From the NCBI RefSeq assembly GCF_009914755.1, contig NC_060941.1: DNA of 64,000 bases. The stretch is one strand, 5' to 3'. Of the stretch, positions 34,318 to 51,665 are shown one piece after another (the stretch's first letter is position 1; every line of letters starts with the position of its first letter). The notes under the pieces were generated by a model that saw only the letters and a list, made by a program, of their open reading frames with translations, ran no database searches and had not been told where the DNA came from. This stretch comes from the human T2T-CHM13v2.0 reference genome, Homo sapiens. Made by a program: the position numbers and the translations under genes.

Positions 34318-35455
<1,138 letters not shown>

Positions 35456-35559
35456 ACAATCATAGCTTACATTTTTAACTACTGTTTTACCTTTTTTTCT
35501 TTTAAAAAATAGAATTTTGCTTTATGTGTCATTCATCAGTTTACTCTTTAAAAAAACTA

Positions 35560-36780
35560 ACAGCTTGTTGTGGACATAGCTCCATGTCCGCACAGCTATT
35601 CTTTCTCATAGTTTTCCATTGTATGGATTTTCTACAACTTAACCAACCTCTGTTACCCTGAAGGACTATTTGCAGTGTTTTTCTATACCAAAGAATGCTA
35701 AGTAAACACACTTAGGCATACATCTCTTCTCTCTTGAAGAAGGTTTCCGTATGACACATTCCTAAAAGCATAATTTCTGGCTCAATGGGAAAATGTATTT
35801 TAAATTTGACTGCAACTGCCAGGCTCTTCATCAAAAATGTTATGGCAAGTCTTAGTTTTGTCAGCTATGGATGCCTTTTTATCTGTATCCTTCCAAAACA
35901 CTGAGTACTAGCAATCTGTTTAATTTTGGCTAATTTTGATAGGGAAACTACATCTCCTCTTGGTTTTAGTTGTGTTGTTTTGTATTTTGTTGCTAATTTA
36001 GAGTATCATTTCATGCTTTCTATGCCATATGTGTTTCTTCTTTGTGACTTGCCCAGATGTCACCTGTGTTCATTTATCTATGGTATTTCTGTAGGACATT
36101 TTTGTACATTATGGATGTTATACTTTTATCAGTTACGTATGTTTAAAATATTTTCTTCCATTCTTTAACTTTTGTTTGTGACATTTTTCACCATATAGAA
36201 GTTGTTATTGTTGCTTGTTTGTTTATGTAGTTAGGACTGTTGTTCTTTTCCTGCTGTCTTCTGGTTTTTGTGTCATGCTCAAAAAGGACCTATTTTTTTT
36301 TCTAGCACTTTTATTGTTTTAATTTTTATTTTTAAGCCTTTAATCCATTTCGGATTTATTTCAGGTATGGAACCAGAAAACGGGCACAGGAACCAAATTT
36401 GAATTTTCTCTGAAATTCACAACCTTTCCCTGTTTATGTAATAAACCATCCTTTTCTCACTGATGTGAAATGCTATTTTTGTCATATATTTAATTATCAT
36501 ATATACACAGATTTTTTTTCTAGACTCCCTGTTGTACATATTCCCCTGGTCTAATTGCCTATTCCTATACATGTACCATGCTGTTTTCATGGTTGTTGCT
36601 TTATAATACATTTGATAGCTAGTATTATATACATAATATTATATGCTTATATTTCAAATTTTTATTTTGGCTAATTTTATCCTTCCAGTTAAACTTTATT
36701 ATCAAGTTGCTAAGTTAAAAATAAAAACTGCAATGAGATCTGATTAGAAATGTTTTAGTTGTATATATTAAGTTGGGAAA
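35560..36780 (-). mobile_element. Old L1 (L1ME-like) fragments
   Basis: T-rich degenerate L1 3'/ORF2-like sequence. Confidence 0.55.
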
Positions 36781-36958
36781 GGTGGTCCAAGTTTCTGAAA
36801 GACAAAACTATCCATGGATGCCCACACATACCCTGGATGCCATGACCAGAATTCAGTGTGCTCAGGTTCAGTCTAGGAATGATCCAGCCCCACACTCATG
36901 TCTTACTTCACTCAGCCTGCTCTGTATTCAACTCCTGTTCTCTCTTCCCATTGGGTTC

Positions 36959-37611
<653 letters not shown>

Positions 37612-38171
37612 GCTCTAACTCTAATTCCTACTTGCCTATGAGTTATGTTTCTCTAGCCTTCGAATCATCTCCTTCTCTCCCAGAATGGCATGGCTGGTCT
37701 TCTCTCTTTTGACCATTGTGTAATCCACCCCCTCATACCGGTGAGACCTGATGCTTCCAGGCTGGTTCTACCCATGGAAGCTGGCCAGTAGGATCAGGAT
37801 TAGACAATATCTTCGATGCCATAATAACAGAAGGAAATTTCAAAATCTTCTAGCTTAAACTCCCTCCTTTGGCTTCATTCCACAACACAAAGATGACCAT
37901 GGGGCTCAGACAAATAAAGTCATAGAATAACTGATGGGATAGGAAAGGTATTTTGAATTTTTTGGCAGTAGTGACAGGTGACACCTTTCTCTAGTGTCCA
38001 CCTTCCCGGTCCCCTGCAGAGAAGTGGAAAGGAAATAGTCTAGGACAATGCTGTCCAACAAAACATTCTACCAGTTCCAGAAAGAGACTGTCTTCATGGA
38101 GATATGAAGTTTCTCCTAGCCAAACTGAACTTCCTACCATTTCCTGCTATTAGGGTCCCATGGGTGTTTGA

Positions 38172-38288
38172 CAGGCCCAGGACTAGGGTGAGGCAAGAGC
38201 TGAATCTGCACTCACATGACCCAAGTGTGAGGGACTCGCTACACTTGTTCCTAGGTGTCTCACTTGCCTCACCCTAGTCCTAGCCCTG
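38172..38288. mobile_element. MER96-like hAT MITE
   Basis: 26-bp terminal inverted repeats, 24/26 matched (caggcccaggactagggtgaggcaag / cttgcctcaccctagtcctagccctg). Confidence 0.75.
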
Positions 38289-38369
38289 GAGTTGGGTTGT
38301 GTGTCACAAATGCTGTGGTCCCCTCCCCAGATCCCCTCTTCACCTGTTCCAGCTCTGGGGACTAAGCTC

Positions 38370-40471
38370 ACAGCTACAACCCTCATTGAGAATTACTCTG
38401 GCCACAAGGAACTTCCCTGCCCAATATTATACCCCTTCCAGGGGGGACGTCTATGATCAAGGACTGGCTGAGGCAGGGATGAAAACACCTACTTTTTTTT
38501 TTTTTTTATATCACTTTAGAAGAACTCTAAAAGAGCCATCCCCTCATCCAGAGCTCCAGAGCCTCAGCTCCCACAATGAATTAAGAACTATGATGCTTGG
38601 TGGGTTTCATCGGTTCTGGAGGTGCCACAGTCCACACTGTGGAACAGTACTCTAACCCTGCAGGTAACAAAGAAAGCTGCCAGCTTTGAATGGGACCCAG
38701 AGCAGGAAAGGGCTCTGCAGCAGGTTCAGGCTGTGGTCAGAAAGCCCTGCCTCCCGCGCTGTGTGACTCGGCAGGCTCTGTGGTCCTAAAGGCTCTGTGT
38801 TTTTTGTGGAGGAAGAAACACCACATGGAGTTTCTGGTGAACACCAATAGGAAATAATATTATAGATTCCTAGAGTTCTGAAGCAGGGCATGCCATCTGC
38901 AAGAAAAGCTACACACCCATTGAAAAGTAGCTCCCAGGCCAGGCGCGGTGGCTCAAGCCTGTAATCTCAGCACTTTGGGAGGCCAAGGCGAGCGGATCAC
39001 CTGAGGTCAGGAGTTCAAGACCAGCCTGGCCAACATGGTGAAACCCCGTCTGTACTAAAAATACAAAAATTAGCTGGGCATGGTGGCGGGTGCCTGTAAT
39101 CCCAGCTACTTGGGAGGCTGAGGCAGGAGGATGGTCTAAGCCCAGGAGGCAGAGCTTGCAGTGAGATCTCACCACTGCACTCAAGCCTGGGCAACAGAGT
39201 AAGGCTCCATCTCAAAAAAAAAAAAAAAGAAAGAAAAGAAAAAGAAAAAGAAAAGTAGCTCCCAGAATGCTACTGGATCCTGGTAGAGATGAGGCTTCTG
39301 ACCAAGTGACACCAAGTAACCAGACAACTGTAGCTCCCCATCATGAACTGGATCTGTCAGATCCACAGAGTCACGAGGGCAGGCAAGCCCAGTAGCAATC
39401 AGTCGTTCGATGGAAGCGGTACATTTAGGATCGGCACCCGGAAGCTGCATGGGCAGGTAGCCCAGGCTCCCATGTCATGTGTCAATATTTCCCTGGGCCC
39501 TGGCCCTCAGCAATCACCTATAGCTGCATGAGGGCTTCCTTACGGCCAGCTGACAGCAGAAGCAAAAGGCCAAGTTCAGTTCATAGAAGGGTCAGCTCAG
39601 TGTGGCAGTGTGAGCTGGGGCTGCTGCCAGTCGGTGGAGGCAGGGAGGAATACGTTTGGCATTTGGATAATCCACTGGGGCATTTCTTGGTGTTCCATAC
39701 CCATTTTAATGATAATGGGCAAGTACAACAACCAGGTCTTGAAAAGAGCATGGTATCCATGTGGTCAGAACCCTCAGGAATGAGGGTCCAGGTCATCCCA
39801 CCCAACAAGTCTCTTAGACCAGCAGAGATGCCAGCCAAGGGCAGGAAGACTCTGGTACAGGTGGTGGAGAAGGGGCATAAGGAGTACCAGGTAGAACCTT
39901 GAGATCAAATGCAGCATCAGAGTCTGTGTCTGTCCCATTAACCCTTCTCTTGTCAGTTTCCCCAGGAAGCAAAACTCACTACAATCATAAATAAGCCATC
40001 AGAGATGGGGCAAACTTACTACAAGAAACAAGTGACTCTGAGCCACTTGAAGGGTCATCTGTCACAGACACTGCCCACCCAGATCCCTTTTCAGGGCCCA
40101 CACACCCATCCCCTAGCTACTGAGAATAGGGGCTGCTAATGGCTCAGAGGTTCATCCCTCATTGGGAAATGCATGACCCAAGTCACATCCCCTCCTGGGG
40201 GAGAGCCTTAGTCAATGACTGGCTGATGGGGGATGCAAAGGCCCAGCTCTCTCACAGTAGGACAGCTCTGGAGGGCCATCCCAGCTCCAGAGTTCCCTGT
40301 AGAATTAACTGAGGTCTCCATGGCCAGCACATTGTGGGGCAGCTACTCCCTCTGCCCCGTCCTGCCTCCCTTGCCCCCTTACAAGTACATCTCCCAAGAA
40401 CACTCCTAATTAATGTTCTGCGTGCAGCTCTCTATCTCAGAGTCTGTTTCCAGGGAGCCCAACCTCAGACA
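38370..40471 (+). mobile_element. ERVL remnant (LTR16 / ERV3-16A3-like internal sequence) with 3' LTR ~40059-40471
   Basis: Frame from 38664 reads VTKKAASFEWDPEQERALQQVQAV (ERVL Pol-like); LTR16 motif gggccatcccagctccagag and end cccaacctcagaca. Confidence 0.75.
38937..39249 (+). mobile_element. AluS
   Basis: 15-bp TSD gaaaagtagctccca at 38922-38936 and 39250-39264. Confidence 0.93.
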
Positions 40472-41379
40472 TCTCCCAATCTCAGGCTGAGATACTGGGA
40501 AACACAAATGATACTGACTCAGTCCCCTGACTCAAGGGACCCAAACAGTTACACAGTGATCTGCCAATCAACAGTTGAGCCTTTGACTGGTCTTCAGGTT
40601 GGTTGTTTCCAACCTGTTCCCTCTCACTGGGATTAAAGGAAATTACCCAAAAGAAAAAGAATGCAGCCTATACCACACTTCAATGGTCACGTCCATTCAT
40701 GTGCCGTCCTTCCCCACTTGAAACCAAATAACTGAAAAAACTTTCCATAGTAATAGTGAAGGCTTCAGCAAGACTGGACAAACCCAGGGACCTCTGCTAG
40801 GAAACATGACTAAGCTTGTCCTTCTGAATGAAAGAGGAAGGGCTATTAGCATTGATGAGGTCCACAGGGAATTCAGTGTTATACAGGAATATTTTTTGTA
40901 TATGACAGAGAAAAATGTAGAAAACAGACTGATTGATTGACAGACAACCTAATTTTTTAATCTGGACATCTTTAATAAATTCTGTAATGCAGGATTATCA
41001 ATCTTATCTCACCTGGATTTCTACCCTTCACAAAGAGATGGCCTTGATTTTAGAGGCCAGAGTAAGTGCCTTCTTTATCAAAAGGCTCACTGTCAATGTC
41101 CAAGTTGAGCGGCCCTGGGTCAGTCCTCAGGAACAAAATTTCATCAACTTTTTATGGTAAGAGAGTTTTTCTGACTAGTTACACATAGGTAATCACTCTC
41201 TTTACATAAAACCTTCCTGGATTTGAAGTGCAAGCAAAATGCAAATGCCACTTTCATCTGGATGCGGTAATGCGGCTCCAAGAAGCTAAAGTCACTGTCG
41301 CAAGTTTCACATTGGCAGAATGCCGAATTCTTAACATCCAGAATCTCTTTTGACTCCTTACAACCATGAGAAGCAGGGG

Positions 41380-41520
41380 AAATGCTCTTATTATCCCCAT
41401 ATTGCAGATAACCAAACTGAAGCTCTCAGAAGTTAAATAACTTGCCCAAGATTCCAAAATGTGTCAGAGCTGGACCCCAACCTGGTGTGTCTGATGTAGA
41501 GCCGTGTTTTTAAACTATGA
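41380..41520 (-). mobile_element. MIR
   Basis: ccccatattgcagat...aaactgaagctctcagaagttaaataacttgcccaag. Confidence 0.75.
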
Positions 41521-41573
41521 TGTTATACTCCAATATCCTAAGTATTTTTGGCCATGTCATCTATACATCATAA

Positions 41574-42114
<541 letters not shown>

Positions 42115-42246
42115 TAAAAGCCAAAAGGAAGTTCTATGTTTGACCTTCTTTGTTAAAAAATAAATGTACAGAGGACAGGACAATGTCTTCTGTAGTTTGC
42201 CTGATACTGAGCCAAGTGAGATTTTCATATTAAATTTTGCTGTCCA

Positions 42247-42556
42247 GTCTGGGCACGGGGGCTTGCGCCTGTAATCACAGCACTTTGGAAGCCAAGATGG
42301 GGGGATCATTTGAGGTCAGGAGTTCGAGACCAGCCCGGCCAACATGGTAAAACCCCGTCTCTATTAAAAATACAAAAATTAGCTGGGTGTGGTAGTGGGC
42401 ACCTGTAATCCCAGCTACTTGGGAGGCTGAGGTAGGAGAATCACTTGAACCCAGGAGACGGAGATTGCAGTGAGCCTAGATCATGCCACAGCACTCCAGC
42501 CTGGATGACAGAGTGAGATTCCGTCTCAAAAATAAAAATAAAAATAAATAAATAAA
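42247..42556 (+). mobile_element. AluS
   Basis: TSD taaattttgc..tccag. Confidence 0.9.
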
Positions 42557-43659
42557 TTTTGCCATCCAGAATTTTATTATGCTTTGGGGAGACAGAGTGG
42601 GAGGTAAGAACAAGATAGATTGTTAGTGACATATTTGTCCTATAATAAATTTTAAAATTGTTTTTTGTTCTCTGAAGATATCTTCAAACTTATCTTTTAT
42701 TTATTTAAACATAATAAGCAAGAAAAGTCACATATTGTCTGTAGTTCGATAATCTCAACAGCTTACATCTTTATAGATCTGCTTCTATTCTATCTAGTTT
42801 CCTTGTGTACCTGGTTATCTTTGACCATATTCCAGCATTTTAAAAATTAGGTATAGGAATAATATGAGGCCTCTGGGTGTAGATATACCCAGAGATGATC
42901 TGCTTCTGTAATGTGTTGGGATCATACCAGTCTGGGACCACCTTAAGCCAAATCCAAGGCCTGAGATTTCCTGGACCTGGACAATCTGAATAATTGGAAC
43001 CTGAGTTATGATTCTGCAGGAGGGCTGCTCCACTTCTAGCCACCCTCCCCCTCAGGATATACCCTGGGAAGTCCCAGTGTACTGTAGGAGGGCCGCCTCT
43101 CCTTGGCTGGCTCCTGGCTTCCATTTCTGCACTCTCTTCCAGCCAGGCTGCAGCCCATCCGTGGAAGTTCCCCACAGAGGATCAGCAAATACCTGCAGGG
43201 CAAAAAGAGCTTTGGTGCTCCTTCACCTCTCTGGTTCCTATTCTCTCTTCCCTGTTGACCTAGTCATTTCTTACTATCTTGTCAGCAATTTCATACTGCT
43301 GAAGATTTCCAAAAAATAGTTTACGTTGTTATTTGTCTCCAGTGGGAGAGTTGGTCCACATAGTTTAGCCTACCATTGCTAGGAAGTCTCATCCTGTAAG
43401 CTTCTCAAGAAATAACCAACTCAGGCCAAACGGTGTGCCCTACTAATAGGTGTTAAGAAAGACCTAAAGTTGATTTATGTGTCTTAAAACAAAATAATCG
43501 ATTTTTCAACAAACACATCTTTCTGCTTACTGAGGCCTGTAGTTCCAGAAGCATGGGTTTAGGGTCTTCAAAGGAAGGGGGGCATTGGGGGTGGGAAGGG
43601 AAGTGCATAAGAATCACCCACAGCCTCAGGCGCACCGGCTCTGCTACTGAGCAGTTCTA

Positions 43660-44157
<498 letters not shown>

Positions 44158-45180
44158 TCATGTGGATTGAATGAAATTGAATGATACATGCAAAGCCTTT
44201 AGCTCAATGTTTAGCACAACAACGTCTGTTAAGTGTTGGGCAAACATTATTATTATTATTATCCCCAAGGTGCTGATGGCCTAAGACACATACTCACCAG
44301 ACCATCCCCTCTCCCCTGCACATGCTCACAGTCCTAGTTCAGTAGTTGGAAACCACTGCCTTAGTTAATGATGATTTGAATAAATCACTGGATTCCAATG
44401 GTCCAGTTGCTAAAGACATTATTCTGAAGGCCCGAAAGGCAGGCCTCCTGAATTTTATCTCCCTTAACTCATTCTGTGACCTACAAATTGAAAGGAGGAA
44501 AATAATTCAGATGGCGAAAGGGCCTGGAGATACCCCCCCAATAAAAGATTCCCCTGCAACCACGTGGCAAGTTGTGCTGTTATGATAAAGCGGAAGACTG
44601 TTTGGAAATAATCAAAAATTCTCTCAGGAAGCCCAATTATATTTTTACATCAAGAATCAAAATGCTGGTGCTGCAGACTTCAGCCTATCATTCACAAACC
44701 TTTTATCCTGTAATTAAGCCAGATCTGCTGCTGGGCTAATTCTTCCCTGAATGACACCACCCTTTGAGCCAGCCCGTATGTCGGTAGAAGACTTCACTCT
44801 GATGATCTATTACACCAATACATCACCGCGGTGAGCTGCCTCCTTAATGATTTATCCATAACACATCATCAGAGTGAGGCACACTCGTAATATATTGCTC
44901 AATAAGTCTGCAGTGGCCAAGGGAGAAAGCCACGAACAGCAGCCGAGTCTGTGCCCTTACACGGCTGGTGTCAGAGCGCAGGACCCACGCTGGGCTCTCC
45001 TCTCTAAACAAATGTTTATATAGGTGGGAGGGCTCTCATGCCAATAGGCTTTTAAAACATGAAGAACCATGACCTTAAGAAAGCACCATAAATCCAGAGG
45101 AGAAAGGCCCCTCCGTGTGTAGTAGGGCTTACTCTTCTAAGCCTGTCATTTCTAAGCATTTTAAGCTCTTACTTAGTAGA

Positions 45181-45298
45181 AGGCCGGGACCACTGCAACA
45201 CACACCCCAGGGGATGCCATTCTCATTGTAGTCTGCGCAAATGGTGCCCCCTGGAATTGTGCAACGTGCGGCCTGAGTCACCCCACATGGCAGCCCTG
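45181..45298. mobile_element. MER91-family hAT MITE
   Basis: tggtgccccctggaattgtgcaac...ggcagccctg terminus. Confidence 0.55.
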
Positions 45299-45600
45299 TA
45301 GGAAGACCTATGGTTAAAAGCATAGACTCTGGCATCATTCTGCCTTGTTTGAATCAAAATTCCTGGAATAACAGTCCTATTTCATGGAGTTGCTGTGAGA
45401 TTGAGTAAGGTAATGCTTGTAGAGCACTTATCATGTAATAAACACTCAGCAAATGTTAGCCTCTTCTAATAGCTACCTTCACAATGCTGAGTGCCAGGAA
45501 GCCTTTAGGTCCAGGCCTAAGGTAGCAGGCTGCCCCTATAGATTGCGTTCTTTATTCTGGCAGACGCTGTCTAATTTTTATGTATTTAAATGCTGCTTCA

Positions 45601-45941
<341 letters not shown>

Positions 45942-46371
45942 GGTGCTTACGGAAATACATAATAGGATGAATATAAAGAAATGGGAACATCTGCGAAAAG
46001 AGGGAGAAAGATTAAATAAAGTTTAAGCAAAAGTAATGTACAAAAAGAATGCCAAGAATCAGTAAGAGTGGGATCACGGGCACACCCATTCCCTCCAGTG
46101 GGAGCAAGTCAGTGCAACCACTCTGGAGTGCAACTTGGCATCACCCAAAAAGCGAAAGATGAGCCCTACCGCCCAGCAATTTCACTCCTAATTGTATGCC
46201 CTGGCTCAGAGGGATTCTTCCTTGCACACATGTACAAAGAAACAGGGATAATAATGTTCCCTGCAACATCCTAGAGACAGCAAAAAAAAAAAAAAACTGG
46301 AAACAACTGAAACCTCCAAGAGGAAAATAAATATATAACAATAATAGCCAACTCTCTTTTTAAAAAATCAC

Positions 46372-46913
<542 letters not shown>

Positions 46914-47179
46914 TAGTGTTTTTATTCTACTACATACATAAAAATAGAAGCTACAGGTGAATTAAGTTTATTAATGTGGTCTTAAACATCTTCCTGTTCA
47001 GTCTGACATGTCTGAATCCCTTTCAGACTCAGTGTCTTTGATGTCTGTGCTTTTCTACATACCTTCCTGTTCTGTTCCATGAAGGACATTAGTGATATGG
47101 CATTTCTTAAAAGAATGTTCCATTAGTGCTTATGAGACCAAGTCTTACACTATATACCAGGAATATTTTCAATGCTTTT

Positions 47180-47365
47180 CACCTATTAAGTCATTTATTT
47201 TCGCCTCTATTAGATAGGTGGTATCATTAGCCCCATTTTACAGATGAAGAAACAGAGACGAGAAGAGGAGGTTAAGTCACTTGCCCAAGGTCACAGAACT
47301 AGTAAGTGGCAGGGTTGGGGTTTGAACCAAGGCAGCCTGGCCCCAGAGCCATACTCTTAAAGCCT
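47180..47365 (-). mobile_element. MIR (well preserved)
   Basis: ccccattttacagatgaagaaacagag...aggttaagtcacttgcccaaggtcacag. Confidence 0.85.
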
Positions 47366-48107
47366 ACATATTCATACATCTAGTCTTAGAATAGAATATT
47401 GTACAGCAGTGAAAATGAATTAACTAGAGTTACATGTGGCAAAACAGGTGAGTTTCAAAAGAAAACTCTTGAGTAAAAAGATCAAATTACAGAGGGATAC
47501 ATGCAGTATAAAGCCACTTTTATAATATTTTTAAATGTGTAAAACAATACTGTATGTTTATTATAGATACATACGTTTGTAGAAAAAATTATTATTTTTT
47601 AAGTAGGGAAGATAAACACCAAGTCCAGGAAAATATCCACCACGAGAGTAGGGACAAAGAAGAAAGGGATCAGGAATGGATACAAGAAGCTCATGTCTTA
47701 ACCTGGGTGATGGGTAAGTAGATATTTGTTGTAGAGTCTCTGTAATTTTTGAATGCCTGAAATATTTCATAATAATCAAAAATAATGCCATATCCTACTC
47801 CAGAGCTGCATGTAACTGTAAATTAAGCTCTGAATTTCCCCACAGCCAAAGCTAAGAGGGAAACTAAGACACCAAATTTGCCAAGACCGCAGAAGCAAAC
47901 CACCCAAGTTGTTCAAAAGCAGCACAGTTTTTTATTCCTTAAGCTAAAACGTGAAAGATATTTATCCCACGGGTCTTCATAGAGGAAAAAATGGTCAGTA
48001 ACATTCCCACAGAAAAAAACAAAAGTATGCCTCATACAACCATTTCCTAGCATCCCTCAATGCATTGTAACAGCTTAATGTCAAAGCAGGCTTCAGAAGC
48101 AGCAGCT

Positions 48108-48422
48108 CAGCTGGGCGAGGTGGCTCACACCTGTAATCCCAGCACTTTGGGAGGTCAGGAAGGAGGATCGCTTGACCCCAGGAGTTCAAGACCAGGCTGG
48201 GCAACAAAGAAAGACCCCATCTGTACAAACAAGTTGAAAAATGAGACAGGGTCTCATACACCTGTAGTCCCAGCTATTCAGGAGGCTGAGGCAGGAGGAT
48301 CGCTTGAGCCTGGGAAGTAGAGGCTACCGTGAGCTTTGATCATGCCACTGCACTCCAGCTGGGTGACATAGCGAGACCCTGTTTCCAAAAGAAAAAATTA
48401 AAAATAATTAAATTTTAAAAAA
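48108..48422 (+). mobile_element. AluJ
   Basis: TSD agaagcagc. Confidence 0.87.
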
Positions 48423-48767
48423 GAAGCAGCTGCTCTATAAAGGGAACTGTCTTTATTGCCAGCTTCTGGGACATTTCCAGAGAGAACAGACCTTCATGAG
48501 CAAGAGGGAAGCAGGCCGACTTGACCACAGTAGCCTGGGGACTGACACAGCCTTAACTCTGGGAAGGACCCTCCTTCAGATTCCTGCTCAGGGGCCTGGG
48601 ACCCATAGCTGCAGACAAGCCATAAAGATATCCTACAGTCCTGGGATCTGAAAGCATTCACCCTCTGTTTAGTTCTTCTCATGATCACTCAGACTTCTTG
48701 GACCCTGAGTCCATCCAGCTGTCTGTTGAAACCATTGGCTCTTACCTTCATCTTACAAAGGCGGGAG

Positions 48768-49067
<300 letters not shown>

Positions 49068-49376
49068 GCAAGCTGATTATTTAGAGATGTAAAGGTACCC
49101 ACCAGACGCACTAAAAACAGAAATGGTTAAAACTAGTTGGCCCCAAGAACAGGCCTGGGGTCGGAGGGGTGGAGAGCCTGTTCAGAAAATTGTGGGGAAA
49201 TTTGAAAATGGACTGAGTACGAGGAAATCTTCAAAAACTGGCTGTTAAATGCCATGTTGTTGGGTTTGATAATGGTATTGTATTGATATAAGAAAGGGTC
49301 TTATTTTCCAGAGAAGCAGGCTGAAGCCTTGGGTGAGAGAGGTTTTGTGGGAACTTGCTTTAAAATGCCTCAGAAA

Positions 49377-49642
49377 AGCTGGAAGCTGTCGCTCATGCCT
49401 GTAATCCCAGCACTTTGGGAGGCCAAAGTGGAGGGATTGCTTAAGCCCAGGAGTTCGAGACCGGCCTGAACAACATGGTGAGATCCTGTCTCTACAAAAA
49501 CTCAGAAAATGAGGCGGGCAGATCCCTTGAGCCCAGGAGGTTGAGGCTGCAATGAGCCATGATTGCACCACTTGCCCTCCCACCTGAGTGACAGAGCAAA
49601 ACCCTGCCTCAAAAAAACAAACAAAAAACAAAACAAAAAAAA
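49377..49642 (+). mobile_element. AluJ with internal deletion
   Basis: Start of the right arm is missing. Confidence 0.8.
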
Positions 49643-49690
49643 ACACTTCAGAAAAAATATAGATGAGCAAAAACAGCAAAATATTAATAA

Positions 49691-50413
<723 letters not shown>

Positions 50414-51048
50414 TGAAAAGATTTTAAAGAAGTATTTAATAAATCTTGGAAGATGCTGATTCTGCTCTTCTTGGAGCTCCGCTTGGACCCATGGACCCAA
50501 AGAACAGGACTTCAGGGATCTTGTAGCTCAACCCCCTCATCTTACAAATGGCTAAAAAGGTTTGAAGACTTACCAAAGTCATACAGCCAACAAATGGATG
50601 AGCTGGGGCCAGGCTGGGGTCTCCAGGAGCCTTACCCAGTGTCCTATCTACTGTCTCATGTCTGCCTCATTTTTGGACAAAAGGAGCTATTTTTAAATGT
50701 CAATAAAGAACCGGGGTACACTCAGTTCTTTTTTTCTTAAGGCAGACATTGCCTATGGGTCGATGGGTTCTCATCGTAAAAAACCCCTGACTATACCCGG
50801 AAAGTTTTATTCTCTTCAACATAAAATTAAAGTATATTCAAGTCCTTTAGATCTTACAGCCACTCCTTTGGGGGTTGGCAAAGCATGTGTCAGTCGAGCA
50901 ATAAACATCTGTCATCTAGAGCTCATTAATATTAATTACAAGTGGCCAGTGGCTCAGGGGACCTCAGTCCTGCAGATGAGATTTTCCTAAATTTGACCTT
51001 CTTAGACTTACAGGTGTTTAAACTGGTTCTTTTAAGAAGCCAGTCTAT

Positions 51049-51665
51049 GGCCAGGCGCAGTGGCTTATGCCTGTAATCCCAGCACTTTTGGAGGCCGAGG
51101 ACGGTGGATCACTTGAGGTCAGGAGTTCGAGACCAGCCTGGCCAACATGGTGAAACCCCGTCTCTACTAAAAATACAAAAATTATCTGGGTGTGGTGGCA
51201 CATGCCTGTAGTCCCAGCTACTCAGGAGGCTGAGGCAGGAGAATCACTTGAACCCAGGAGGCGGAGGTTGCAGTGAGCCAAAATCACGCCACTGCACTCC
51301 AGCCTGGGCTACAGAGCAAGACTCCATCTCAAAAAAAAAAAAAAAGGCCGAGGGCAGTGGCTCATGCCTGTAATCCCAGCACTTTGGGAGACCGAGGCTG
51401 GCGGATCACCTGAGGTCTGGAGTTCAAGACCAGCCTGACCAACATGGTGAAACCCCATCTCTACTAAAAATACAAAAATTAGCCAGGCGTGGTGGCAGGC
51501 ACCTGTAATCCCAACTACTGGGGAGGCTGAGACTAGAGAATCACTTGAACCCAGGAGGCGGAGTTTGCAGTGACTGGAGATCGTGCCAGTATACTCCAGG
51601 CTGGGTGACAAGATCGAAACTCCGTCTCAAAAATAAATAAATAAAAATTTAAATTAAAAAAAAAA
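51049..51665 (+). mobile_element. Two tandem AluS (51049-51345, 51346-51665) inside one TSD pair
   Basis: aagccagtcta at 51037-51047 and 51664-51674; the second Alu probably inserted into the tail of the first. Confidence 0.9.

Noticed and set aside
38172-38288. Strong hairpin as a possible pre-miRNA
   Set aside because: Explained by the terminal inverted repeats of a MER96-like MITE.
44799-44880. C/D-box snoRNA interpretation of the hairpin (TGATGA motif)
   Set aside because: No properly placed terminal CTGA D box on either strand, and the site is not in a recognisable intron.
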